DNA of 64,000 nucleotides from Puccinia triticina (Eukaryota): the NCBI GenBank assembly GCA_026914245.1, contig CP110439.1:7440001-7504000 (forward strand), given 5' to 3'. Positions 45,801 to 58,567 of the stretch are shown here, one piece after another. The position numbers were made by a program, and so were the translations under genes. Each line of letters begins with the position of its first letter. Positions within the stretch are counted from its first letter, which is position 1. The notes beneath the pieces were generated by a model that saw only the letters and a list, made by a program, of their open reading frames with translations, did not search any database and was not told the DNA's origin.

Positions 45801-48800
45801 CGCGGTGTTGGCTTGGATCCCCGCTTGTGGCGGTGCCGTTGCACTACGGAATGGATTATTGTTGTTAGCAGAGCCACCCCGGAAGGGATTCCCATTACCT
45901 CCGGACAAGGTTTTCAAGGGCTGGGTGCAGTTGTTTGTGTTGTGTGTGCTGGACTTGCACCGTTGGCACCACTTGTTAGTGCCCCCGCCACTGACTTTAG
46001 ACTGGCTGTTCGGGTCAGATTGCTTTGATTGGTTGTCCCTATCGCCCCGCTTGTTGCTGTTGTTTCGATGAGTTTGTCAAAAAAGCGCCAGCTCTGTCTT
46101 TGCCAAATTCACCAAATCGGAGTTCTTCACAGCAGTCTTGCCGTTATTCATTCGCAGGTCAAGCTGTCTTGCAACATTGACAAAGGGGTACGTCTTGAGA
46201 TTCGGGAGCGAGAGATGAAACAGCAAACCAATGAAAGAGTCTTTGGTCAACTTGAAACCCGATTGGAAAAGTTGCTTGGCCTTATTCTTGATGGAGTGGA
46301 AATGGGCATCTACATCCGCGTTTTGGTCGTAATGATTGAACTTCATTTCAAGGATGTTCTTGAAAAAGGCAAGGTGTGCAGTGCGACTCTTCAGGGTGAA
46401 CATCTTTGTGACCATCTCTAGCGCGTCAAGTCCGGATTTCTCCTCTGCCGCACTGATCTTAATGTTGTCGTCGATGGTGGCCAGAATAGCAGTCTTCAAC
46501 AGCGTGTTTTCAGAGTCGGTCAAAACGACATCCTCACTTCCCAACGGTATCACTCGGCCAACCGTGCCCTCAAGTGCTTGACAAAGCATGATCAACCAAG
46601 TTTGAAAGTTAGCCCCATTCACCTCGAGCTTGGGTACCATCAAGATCCATTTGTACAAGGAAAGGGTAAATTCTTGCATCGATGGTTGCAAGGGTGTGGC
46701 CGCAGTCGCTGGAGGCGGTGGTGGTGAGTTTATCACACCTGCAGCTTGAACCATCTTGGTGAACATCATAAATTGACGAACCGTCTCGTCATTGAGGACG
46801 AGCTTGCCACCAGCAAATAGAGAGGAAGAATTTGAAACCAAGGTGTTCTTAGCGTTTGCCCCACTTGGCTCGTTGGTGACGGTCGTCTTGGAAGATTGAG
46901 CCGGTGTGCCGGGGTCAATTGTAATGGTAGGGTTTGGCGCTTTCCCTTTTTCTTTGGAGGACCCGGCGACTCAGCTACCCAAAGGGAGAGTACTCGAGCT
47001 TGACCCAGTTTGTTTGTTACCTCCATCTTTGGAAGACGAAGAGTATCGATTGAATAGCACTGCCATTTCCTGAGCTCCAGAGGAGAGTGCTGGGGCCCCC
47101 AAACCAGCAGCGGACGATGACAAGTGGGATGAGGGGAGAGGTTGTGAAGTGTGTCGACCGCGTGAAGTCAATCTCGCATTTAAGGCAGATCGCCCTTCTC
47201 GGCTGGCCTCACGACTGTGAATGGATGTACGACCGCGTTCTGTGTTGTCGGTCATGATTTTTCAGTCGTCGGAAGACGATTGATTACGAGAGTGGAAAAG
47301 CTGTAACGCTGCTAGCGGACTCTTGGAAAAAAAAAACTCTAGCTCCTTTAGCAAGAGAGAGGGCTCATAACCTCTTATGCTCTGGCCTGGGATGTCGGTG
47401 AGAACAAGCAAGAAGAGTATGAATTTCAATCACGGAAGAAATGAACAAAAGGAGAAAAAAAGAAAGAAAGGATGATAAAAGGAAAGCAACAGAGCTTACC
47501 TGGGATGTTGGTGAGAACAAGCAAGAAGAGTGAGGAAAGAGAGATTCACCGGCATCCCAGGGGAGGAGTCTTTTAGAGAGATAGAAAATACAATATAAGC
47601 ATCCTACAAACATATGCTACTACTAAATATAAGCCCTATACGTAACAATTCCAAGGTGGCATCCTCCTCCAACCAGAATACGCGGATTGCCGGAGTTGGA
47701 TTTTATAGAGCGGGTCGGATAGGTGCGCGGAGGGTGTTGATGAAACTTCTGAAAAGAAACTCAATTTCCCGTTTTTGTGGGATCAATTGCGTCCGGGAAG
47801 ACTTGGAGGCACGCCGGAAAAGGTGTCAGCCTGGAGAAGGGCTAGGGAAATGGCTCGGGGTGATTTTAAGAGTTCTGAAAAGAACCTTAGGTAACCGTTT
47901 TCGAGTGATCAATTGCATGTGGAAAGATGAAAATGGAAGAAAAAGGGGAGGGGGATGTGGGCAAAGGTGGGAGGGGAAAAGGAAATTAAATAACAGAGTC
48001 CGGCTTGAATTGAAGTATGGGGAAAAGTATAAAAGGAGGCAGCGAGTCGATGATTGCTGGTCATTGCTTGGCTCTTGCTCGGCGCCAATTGCTTAAAGAG
48101 CCAAGTGATCCAGGTTCATTGGGACCTGTATATTTTTTGGGGGGGAAGCGAGAAATGCTGCCATTTTTTTTGTTGGTGGGCGCGGCGGTCCGCTTAATGT
48201 TAAACTGTCAATTATTCACTTACTTCTATATTTATATTTTCACATCATTTTATGTCTACACCCCGGACGCAAAACTTTGAAGGAGCTCTGAGTTGACTCC
48301 GGAAATCCTTCGAAGTACCCGCCTGCAAGGCGGGGACGTCTTGCTTGGGTCAAACCGGCTTTTCAAAGGGACTCCAAAGTCGGATCCCGGAGTCCTTCAA
48401 AACTATTTTGGAGTTAACTCAAAGGGAACATCCCCTTCGAGTTCCCTCCAAAGTGGAATTCAGAGTCCAGCCGAAAAAAAAACGGAGGAAACTTGAATTA
48501 CATCCGAAGTCAAATGACTTCGAATGTCCTTCAAGTTCCAACTTCGAGTAATATTGGAAGGAATTTTGGATATTATTCAAACATTATTCGAGTGGAGACC
48601 CATCCGGGCCTGCTTGTTTTTTCTAATGCTCCTTGGCCCGGCCCACCCCCCGGATCAGGGAGGCTCCGATAGAGCATAAAAAAGGTGTGCTACCAGGTTG
48701 TGGATGGTTTCAGTGACCCACAACAGGGTCACAGTGCTTACAAGTGGGGGGGGGTTCATATTCATCTTGTATTGCAATGGTATCATAGAACAATCAGGGA

Positions 48801-49300
48801 CCAATTATAAACGATTATTGAAATTTTATTGTAATATTTTTGAAACTCGTTTGAAACCAAAATCTGTTAAATTTATGTTGCCAATACAGGCCCAATTAAG
48901 TTTCAAAAAAGTCTGGATATGATTGTACAATCATAAACCTGGAGCCCACACAGGCAGAAATCCAAATCCCGAGACAAGACCGCCTGTTGCAGTGTCATCC
49001 CCCCGCTGCGCTGGCCACAGGGCAGGGGATGGGCATGCGGCGAAGGGTCCGATCAGTGTAAAATTGCACCAGGATTCCAATGGTTAAAAACAAAGAAAGT
49101 CATGATTTTCTTCTAATCAAATTACTGTATGCAGGGGCTATACAGGCTTTGAGGCTGAAAATAGCAGTCCAAAATTTGGGCCTACCCAACTGCAAGCTTT
49201 TCAGGAATTGCTGTATTAATTCCAAAAATTGCCTGGGCTGCCGCCCAGACCCGCTCACCACAAGTGGCTTAGTTAAGCTTGTGAGTGGTCAAGGTCAAAA

Positions 49301-52300
49301 CTTAACTAAGTCCCTCCTGGGTGTGAAGCCCGCCTCTGAAGGAGGGAATCAGGGAAGAACGGAGTTTTTTGGTGTGACAGGTATGCACAAGCACACCTTC
49401 TTTGTTTGGCTGTATATTTGCCAAAAAATCATCCAAAATTCTTCTTAAAATATGTAAGTTACAAGAGACCAAGGCGGCTTTGCCGCTGCAAATTTCAGCT
49501 TCAGTCACTACAGTCCTGTCTCTCTTTAAAGCTCAATCTGGAATTTCTAGTTAGATTTTGAAAGTTCACAATTCACAATCAGTTGGATCCAATCTGAAAT
49601 TTGTTTATATTTGATCCAGCTCACCCTTTTTAGTTGTATGCATTCTTTGTGGCTCTTAATTTCCTTGTGTGCATCTTTACTTTCTCCTTTTTTCAGACAA
49701 AGAACATAACATATGTAAGAAGCTTTAGCAAGTACAAATAACAAAGAAAAGGAAAGGGAAGAGGGGCTACTTGTTGATAGCCAACATGGCAATTGATAGA
49801 ATTGTTTCAATCTTGCAAGCAGGGAATGTTAGCATACATTTTCCAGGCAGCATCAAGTCATTTGAGGACCATCCAGACAGGTCAAACTTGCATTAATGAG
49901 TCGTCAAATAACCAGCACCATTCAATCTGAAATGGAATGCCCCTTGTTGAGGAATAACCCACAGGATTCCTTCTTGGGCTGTACTCAACACATAGGAACA
50001 CAGGAGCAGTGAATATAGCTGTTTGGGAGTCAACTAATACAGACATAAAAAATATTTCCCGTATTTAGTGACAAAGATTTTTATTTTGTCTAGGACAGGG
50101 AAGAAAACATACTATTCCTTCTGTTTGGGTAGCTTGGCAAAGATTAATTTATCAATTGGTCCAGGGAACACCTTGAAGCTAGTACCAATGCACTTGGTGC
50201 ACATCTTTTTGACTCCATGATGAGAGGATGATAGAATACAAGCTTGTTGAGAAGGAAGACCTGGGCGGAGCTTAAAGGTTCATTAAGCCCTGCCGCAATA
50301 CTTAAGCCCGGTGTTTTTTCATCCCAGAGCCGGATCTTTGGGATTGAGTGCCATGCTGCTCAAAGTTGCTCTAGAGGTTGTGGTTTGTGCAGTTCTGCTA
50401 AGTGGGCTCTTTTCAACTGGTTTCTCATGAAGGGGTCTCACATCAGCTTTGTGAGTGAAGTTTTTCACAGAATGGTCATACATCTTGGTGACCCAAGTGT
50501 ATGCGGACAGGAAGAAAAGATCAGGCCAGTTGGGTGAGGACAGCAATACATAAGCTGGGCAGAGTTGGCTTACATTTCACTCATTTGAGAGTGAGTTGAA
50601 AGAATTGGCAGGGATTACAAGGGAAGGAATGCAGGGCTGACGGAGGACAAAGGAAGCAAGCAACCTGCTGTGAGACAAGGATCAAGTGAGGCTGTGCGCC
50701 AGATTGCAAGCCAAGGTCGTATCCAAAGGTGAAGATTTACAGCTGTTGCAATGTTGCAAACACTTCTGAATCAAAACTTAGAGCTGTCAATAAGGCATGC
50801 AGCCTTCAACCTAGCTGGGCGTAGGTTGGTGGTGTTCTTCTCTCCCACGGGTTCACTGCTCCAAGGAATGTTGATAAACTCACCTTCTACGTCTTAATCC
50901 TGCATCATCTTGTCGGTATTGAGAGCCAAGAGATATAAAATTAGCCAAGAAGATTGTGTCCCAGTTGTCCGGCCCGCGGGTTCTCAAAGTCAAAGGCGTG
51001 GTAGATAGATAGGAGAGTAGAGTAACGGCGGTCCTAGGGGTCCTAAGCCTGGCCAATCCTGGGTGTGGTGAGCAACAAGCCAAAGCTCTTCGGGCATTGA
51101 GAGGCGGTGTGCTGATGGTGCTGGTGGAGGTGCCCGCGGGGATAGTGTGGCAAGGTCTGGGTGGGGTGACCGCTGGGGGGAACTGGAAGTCCCTTGCCTT
51201 CTCCTGGCGGCACAGGGCGACCCAAAGGATGACTGCTTTTTTTCCCAACTCTGAGGCCGTCCGAGCCAGGGTGACCGAGGAGACAATCCAATCATGGTGG
51301 TTGAGGATGCATCACAACTCTTAAAAGTTGCTCCTATTTAGTAGTTTCACATCCAAAGAGAATAAAAAAAATACAACATCTTAGTGCAAGTTGTTTGAAG
51401 GAATATCTTGAGAGCCAACGGGCAATGAAGGGTGCAAAGGCGCATTGCCAGGATGAATAAGTTGCAAAGGCTCACCGGCTCATCCACCACCAGGAAAAAA
51501 AATAGTCACTTGATGGCAAGTGACATGATGCAGCTTTGGTTTCTGCTCCAGAGCTACTCCAGCGCTGCTCCAAGTCTGCTCCACCAGCACTTGTAGAGCT
51601 TGCAGGACTACACCAGAGCACTCAATGTGGCACAGTCAGCTGATCCAAATTTTTTCCCAGGAACAGCTGATGCTCATCATAAGCTGAGCAGTAGGCATTG
51701 AATGAGCCTGGGCCAAAGCTGAACATTGGCTGAGCCTGGGCCACAGCTGAGCATTGGATATTCCAAGCCTGAAACAAATCCAAGTGTCAGCTGGACCAAG
51801 AATATTCCAAATCTGAGCATCAGCTTAGCCAACAATGGTCCAAAGCTGAGCATCATCTTGGAAAAGGCTTGTGCAGAGCTTAGGATCAGCTGGGACAATA
51901 CTGTTCCAAAGATTAACACCAGCTGGGCCAAAATATTTCAAAAGCTGAGCATTGGCTGAGCCAATGCTGGTACAAAGCTGAGCATTGGCTGAGCCAAGGC
52001 TGTTCCAAAGCTGAGTATTGGATTTTTTGAGACTATTCAAAAGATTAATATCACCTGAGCCAAGGCTGTTGCCCAGCTGAGCATCTGCTGAGCCAAGGCT
52101 GGTCCACAGCTGAGCATCAGCTGAGCCAAGGCTGGTCCACAGCTGAGCATCAGCTGAGCAAAGGCTGATCCACAGCTGAGCATCAGCTGAGCCAAGGCTG
52201 GTCCACAGCTGAGCATTGTCTTAGCCAAGGTTGGTCCACAGCTGAGCATCAGCTGAGCCAAGGCTGGTCCACAGATGAGCATAAGCTGTTACAGAAGTGG

Positions 52301-53440
52301 TCAGACTCAGAATCTGAGAATTGGCTGGGCCAAGATTTATCCAAAGCTGAAAATCAGCTGAGCCAATACTGGTCCAAAGCTGAGCATTGGCTGGGCCAAT
52401 GATAGTCCTAATCTGAGTCTAAGCTGAGCCATGACTGGAATAAAGCTGAAAATAAGCTGGGCCAGGACTGGTTCTGATCTGGGCAACAAAGCTGAGCATG
52501 AGCTGGGCACAAAAGCTGAGCATAAGCTAGGAGCTAAAGCTGAGTATCAGCTGACCAGAAATGGGGATCAGTGGTGCCCAGCAAAAACTGAGGATCTCCT
52601 GTGGAAATTCTTAAACTGGTTAGATGGTGGGTAGATGATGGGTAGATGGTGGGTAGATGGTGGATAGCCCGCTGGAGCTGGCATGATGTCACTTGTCATC
52701 AAGTGACTATTTTTTTTTCCTGGTGCACCGTTCCCAAGCCTGGCCGGCGTGCAAATGTCAGTTCCGGTCGCACTTCTTGGCCCAGCATGATGTCCTGGCT
52801 TGCTGTAGTCTTGGAGAGCTTTGAGGCGAATGAGCTGTTTGGCGCAAGGTCAGTCGCATAGGAGTGTGCCATAGATCTTGTTGACCTGAGTGAACAATGC
52901 ACGCACTCGCAGTAAGTTGAGCTGCAAAGAGACGGCTGCGGAGGCGTTGGTGTGGCATTGGCAGCGGTAACAAAGCGGTGGGCGTGGTGTTGGCAAGGAT
53001 ATGGTGGGCGTGGCGCCAGAGGTGGCTAGGGTCTTTGAGAGAGTCACGACTCACCGCTCTTGGATGGGCGGAGCTTGAGTATATAAATAGGGGGGGGGGG
53101 GGCTGCTGTCGATTTTCCCCTCAGGGGTTCCGGTTTTGTCCTGGCCCCTCCCTGCAGGCCCCCTACTTCGCTTGGATAGGCCCCTGCTTGAGAACAAAAA
53201 ATGCTGGCCCTTTTTTGCTTGTTGCACTGTCACAAGCTGGAGGGTCTATCCATGGCACATAGTGTTCGGGGGTAATCTATTCAACAGTGGCCATCATGTG
53301 GCTGCACACCAAAACTTAGATCTTTTTTGCCATGTTTTTGTGAACTTAATAAACTTGGATTGCAGAATTTAGATTTTCTCTGCCAAATCTGAAAAACTTG
53401 TCACGCCAAAAAACTCCATTCTTTCCCTAGCTTAACTAAG
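49301..53440 (-). mobile_element. 4.1-kb element with asymmetric inverted repeats and a terminal hairpin, bounded by CTTAACTAAG (Helentron/Helitron2-like architecture)
   Basis: IR 49351-49379 vs 53399-53428; hairpin TCCCTCCT(49311)..AGGAGGGA(49347) outside the left IR; CTTAACTAAG at 49301 and 53431; contains a degenerate spliced gene and CACCAGG copy 2. Confidence 0.6.
51488..52725. mobile_element. CACCAGG-ended non-autonomous element, copy 2 (inverted relative to copy 1)
   Basis: Same TIRs; 3-bp TSD CAC (51485-51487 / 52726-52728); closely similar to 2484-3898 without the hAT MITE. Confidence 0.93.
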
Positions 53441-55607
53441 CCTCTCAAACGGAGGGTCCGGGGGACCCCGCCCAGAGGGCTCTCTGTAGGAGAGGCTTAT
53501 GCATAATGTCTGAAAGCTGGCAGACAAGGGAAGGATTTTCAACCCTAAAAACACAAAAACAGAATTTAAAATCAACAACAAATGTACAGAGAAATCTGAG
53601 TAGACAGTTCTCTCAGCAGTACTGATGCGCACCCTCGCCCAAGTTTTTGAGGTATAAACTCTAAAACTGATTGAAGGAACCTGTTTTGAAGGTTAAAGGA
53701 ATCCTGAAGGATATTCCATTGCTCTGAAGATCCAATTGCAAATTTTCTGATAATATGAACAATTGAATATTCTGTCCGCAACAATTGAGTGGCTACAGGT
53801 TTAGGATCTGCACATATCTGCAGGCTTGTGAATCCAATATCCACAAGGCATGATGGTTGTAATTCCTTGGTTTACATTTCTTTGTGTTTTTGTATTTTTA
53901 AAAGATTAGTACAAGGAAAACGGTTGGGATTGAGAAGATGAGACCAGCACCGTTTGAAAGCTGAGGTTCTGAAGTATAGTTTGGCTCTGCGACAGGTCCG
54001 CAGGAGCTGAGGGGGAGGCTGGGTGATGCTAAGTATTTTTCCTCCAGCCATTCATGATTTCTTTCTCAGCCAAATTTTTGACTTTGTGCACAAGTCCCTC
54101 CCTGCGGGAGGGGCTGCTTTGCGGCCAGCCTCAGCGAGCCTCCCACCAGGGGGGACTTGTTTCAAGTTAGGTTCTTTCCTATCCCTCCTGCAAAGGCGGG
54201 CGCTTCGTGCCCAGGAGGGACTGTTAAGTTTGGTTTTCACTTTGGGACCCCAAACAGCCCCGAACCAGCCACCCCCCCCCCCCCCCGAGTTACATATCAT
54301 TATGCGCCCCCGTAGGGAATCGGGACTTGTGTCAAGTTCGCCAGTAGCCAGCATCCAGGCAGCCCACAATCACCTTGACTGATTCATACCCCAGGATACA
54401 TTTCATCCAATTCCTCAGCATTCTCCCATCATCTTTAACCTTCCTGGATCACGTAAGCCTTGATACCGTCGGCTTTTTTTGGAAGATCCTTCAATCTCAA
54501 GGGACCTTAGAAACACTTCTTCACACCGTTTCTCGATGGGTGCGATATGTTGTAAACCTTGGAAATTTGAGTGAGCATCTGATTTTTATTTGTGGATGGC
54601 GCACGATCTGATTGCAATGTTCTCATACGCCCAAGAAGTATCCAAAACAAATGTATGATTCATGGGAAATAGATACTAACGGAACTACTGATTGGGTGTA
54701 TCAAAAATACGATTAATGGTTGAAAAATAACCTTCCTCAGTGGCAAAGGACATCAACTGACCGAGCTCTTGTCAGCCAATCCAAACGCGAACGGCAGGGA
54801 AGGTGATCCGCGACAGGCAGCAGCTGCGGCAGCCGAGGCAGCACAGGCGGCCAAGAGCAGAGGAACCAAGGGGGGCAAGATTGCCAAGGCACTCTCCCAT
54901 CAACCTGCTGATGTCGGTCGGGTCAACCAAGCCATTGCCGCCGGTAGCCAACCCGCCAACCAGAAACCTCTAGTAGTTTGTTGTTTGATTTATACTTCTT
55001 GCGCTATCCCAATTTCGTATTTTCACCACATACTGTGTGCTGAACGTCTCTCCACTTTTGCCCTTTGTCTCAATCAAATCTTTTCTTTGGAATGGGCCGG
55101 TATCTCTTCAACGTCAATAGTGGGACTGAAGTGACTAGGGCTGTTCCTCCCAAACTTACCCTTGTTTGAATATGTGTAACATCAATCTGCAGTCTACTTG
55201 GTTTTCTTATCACCTTTTTTGCTTGTTTTTTGCTTGCCTTCTTTTTCCGTTCTGTATAACTCGGTTGAATTACTGGTTGATGATTGTAGGATGTGTTGTG
55301 TTGTGTGGAAAACTGTGCAAAGACTAAGATACACGTACACTGCAAGAAAAACTCTAGAAACTGCTTGCAGTTGAGATGCGGCAAGCTTGAATCAAGCCTC
55401 AGCTCAAGCTGGAGTCAAGCACCCAAATTCCATGCTGGTGCACCTTCAGTGTGTACCTTTTTCAGCATCTCAATGCTCAGCATGCTGTAGAGCTCATGCA
55501 GTAGGCTGAGACAAATGTTCAAACTTGCAAATGAGCATTCCCATGAGCACCCTTTTTTTTCTTTTAGAAAACACTCCATGTGCCATTGAATCCAGCCAGA
55601 ATAATGT

Positions 55608-56129
55608 AAAAAGGGTATGTACACATGCAAGGGATATGTACATATGAAAGGAATATGTACACATGAAAGGGGAATGTGAAAAGGTGTATTAACACATAGA
55701 TATGTACACCTGATGAAAGGGGTATGTATGCATGAAAGGGGTATGTATTCATGAAAGGGGTATGCATGCATGAAAGGGGTATGTGCAGTAAGGGGTATTT
55801 GCGCATGAAAGGGATATGTAAACATCAAAGGGGTATGTAAACCTGAATGATGAAAGGGTTGAAAGGATGTAAAAAACTCAAAGGGGACATGTAAACATGA
55901 AAGGGTCATGAAAGCATGATGAAAGGGGTATGTACACATTGTGAAAGGGATACACGCACATGAAAGGGATACACACACATGAAAGGGATACACACACATG
56001 AAAGGGATACATGCACATGAGAGGGGTATGTGCACATAAAGGGGTATGTACACATTATGAATTAAGGGGTCAATACATACAAAAGGGATATATGCACATG
56101 AAAGGGGTATGTGCACATGAAAGGGGAAT
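55608..56129. repeat. About 21-bp minisatellite (CATGAAAGGGGTATGTACA-like)
   Basis: About 20 or more degenerate copies; one more unit resumes at 58578 after the nested LTR. Confidence 0.9.
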
Positions 56130-58567
56130 TGTCAGCCTTAGAGACATGTTTACATGTCCAAAATTCTTCCTTTTATCCCTTTAAATATTGATATAATAAT
56201 AGTAATGAATTATTAATAATACGGACTTACTTCGCGCACTGCGGAAAACTCTTTGCGCACTGTGGGGGTCGTCGTCTCAACGTCCAGCCCCCAGTGCGCG
56301 CTTCTGCCACGGCTCTTTGCGCACTGCATTTTCCAACAAAAAAACGGCTTGCATTTCTTTGATAAATCAATAGAATGGCTTTTTATGATCCCCCTAAAAA
56401 ATAATCAAGTCATTTAGGGGTCTCCTTGAGCCTAGAGAAACTTGACATGAAAAAATCATATTTTAATGCGGCAGGGACCTGTAATATCGCTTCCTGTGCC
56501 CCAGTAGCCCCAAAAATTTCACAGTATCATGGCACATGTGCAAATTCATGACCTGATAATTTTCAGAATTTTTCCCAGAGATATAAGGGGTGCGCGGCAG
56601 GCTTAGTAGGAAAATTACTGCTAGCTGTATAGCTTTTTTGTTACACACCCAAACAGTCCCAAAATTCCAGAAATGTTTTCATTGTGGATATTCTCCGCGC
56701 CATGAATTTCTTGGCAATATTGTGTCATGATAACATGAGATGTAGTGCGGCGGGCTTAGTTGGAAAATGACTGCTAACTTATCTCATGTTTTAATGACAC
56801 ACTATTGCTAAGAGCTTTATGGCGCGGAGAATATGCAAAATTTAAACATTCCTGAAAATTTCAGACTGTTTCAGCGTGTAACAAAAAATCTATACATGTA
56901 ACCGCCATTTTCCTACTAAGCCCGCCGCGCACCCCTTATATCTCATGTTATCATGACACACTATTGTCAAGAAATTTATGGCGCGGAGAATATCCACAAT
57001 GAAAACATTTCTGAAATTTTGGGACTGTTTGGGTGTGTAAAAAAAAAGCTATACAGTTAGCAGTAATTTTCCTACTAAGCCTGCTGCGCACCCCTTATAT
57101 CTCATTTTATAATGACACACTATTGCTAGGAATTTCAGGGAATTAATTTGAAGCACATTTCTCTGTGCTCTCAAAATTTTTTACCTTTGTTGTGTGTAAC
57201 AAAAAAGTTATACATATACGCAAAATAATAAACGCAATACCTATTTGGGCTAAAGGAAAGCTGGTGAAAATTCTGAAAATTATCAGGTCATGAATTTGCA
57301 CACGTACCATGATACTGTGAAATTTTTGGGGCTACTGGGGCACAGGAAGCGGTATTACAGGTCCCTGCCGCGTTAAAATATGATTTTTTAATGTCAATTT
57401 TCTCTAGGCTCAAGGAGACCCCTAAATGACTTGATTATTTTTAAGGGGGATCATAAAAAGTCATTCTATTGATTCATCAAAAAATATCTCAAGAAATGCA
57501 AGCCGTTTTTTGGGGGGAATGCACAGTGCGCAAAGAGCCGTGGCGAAAGCGCGCACTGGGGGCGGGACGTCGAGACAACAACCCCCACAGTGCGCGAAGA
57601 GTTTCTTGCAGTGCGCGAAGTAAGTCCGTAATAATATTTGATGTTTTTATACTTTATTTTATTTTATTCTATTTTATTACTTTATCATTTATTGTATTCT
57701 GAAGCGCAGGAGCGCTATAGAATTGTTCCGCGCACCTGCGCTACGGATTACATAAGTGCTTTTACACATATATATTATATATACATATAAATTCAATGTA
57801 ATTGAATTGTATTCAATCCATATTCTATTGCGCAATGTAGAGCGCACTATTATTTGAAACTAATAGAAATTTCCGGAAAAATAGAGGAAGTTCCTCAATT
57901 TTTCACTTATACCCGCCCCTCCTGACCTGGGCGGACTTTCCTCCACTTTGAAATCAGACCAGAAAAATATTCACCAGTTACATCCAGCGCTTCCATCCGC
58001 AAAACTCAAAGGCCTTACTCCCAAATACTCCCACTAAAGTGCACAGTACTTGCAAGTAAGTAACCTTCCTGGTAACTATGAATACCTTTCTCTTCTCTTT
58101 CTTAGTCCCCTTCGTGATTTGACCATTCCTTTCCCTCTCCCCCTCTTCCTCCCTTCTCTTCATTATGCGCACTGCGCCTGAATAACTTGAAATTGAATAT
58201 CCAATCAAACTTGATAAATTATTCTTTTCTCTGTGTTTGGTGGTACAACCTGAAAACCACATAGGTTTCCCAGTAAAAAGCCTTGACTAGTTTCCTTTAG
58301 TCTAAAAAACTAGGGCTGATTACAGGTTTACCTGAATCAGACCTTCTTCAGTTTCCTTTGAAGAAGAGGCTAGTGACTCTTTCCTAGCTTATTCACGCTC
58401 AACTTTAAGTTGAAGGCGCTCAAAGAAAAACTAAAAGCCTAAATAAAAGTCTAAACTTTCATCTTATTCCTCTTCTACGCGTTGTAATACCTTTATATTT
58501 TAAATTACAAAATATTGCCCCTTATTTCCTTTGTGTCCGCACGTCACATAAGAGACGCCGGCTCACA
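56130..58567. mobile_element. Solo LTR (about 1.0 kb after removing the foldback insert)
   Basis: TGTCAGCC...GGCTCACA ends; 5-bp TSD GGAAT (56125-56129 / 58568-58572). Confidence 0.8.
56220..57630. mobile_element. Foldback-type element: long inverted arms plus internal repeats of about 160 bp
   Basis: 56220-56578 is the reverse complement of about 57265-57630; 56579-56775 is the reverse complement of about 56905-57103; tandem units of about 160 bp at 56780-57220; sits in an (AAT)n tract, so the TSD is ambiguous (TA up to TAATAATA). Confidence 0.9.

Larger units (their letters stand above)
40097..47647 (-). mobile_element. Ty1/Copia LTR retrotransposon (Copia-2), internally deleted and interrupted
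   Basis: 5' LTR 47373-47647; PBS GGTTATGAGCCC 47361-47372; 3' LTR remnant 40097-40177 identical to the LTR end; 5-bp TSD ATTCC (40092-40096 / 47648-47652); gag 46077-47255, protease LDSCASH, WHRRLGH..CEDC, integrase FRTDGGGEF..EQNGAAER; RT and RNase H missing. Confidence 0.95.

Noticed and set aside
48258..48610. CAC-ended MITE starting TACACCCCGGACG
   Set aside because: Only a weak partial match at the right (CATCCGGG) and no TSD; probably a relic but not supportable.
54769..55134. Ala-rich 121-aa ORF
   Set aside because: Non-ATG start, low complexity and no recognisable family.
55415..56116. 233-aa Cys/His-rich ORF
   Set aside because: It is a translation of the 21-bp minisatellite.
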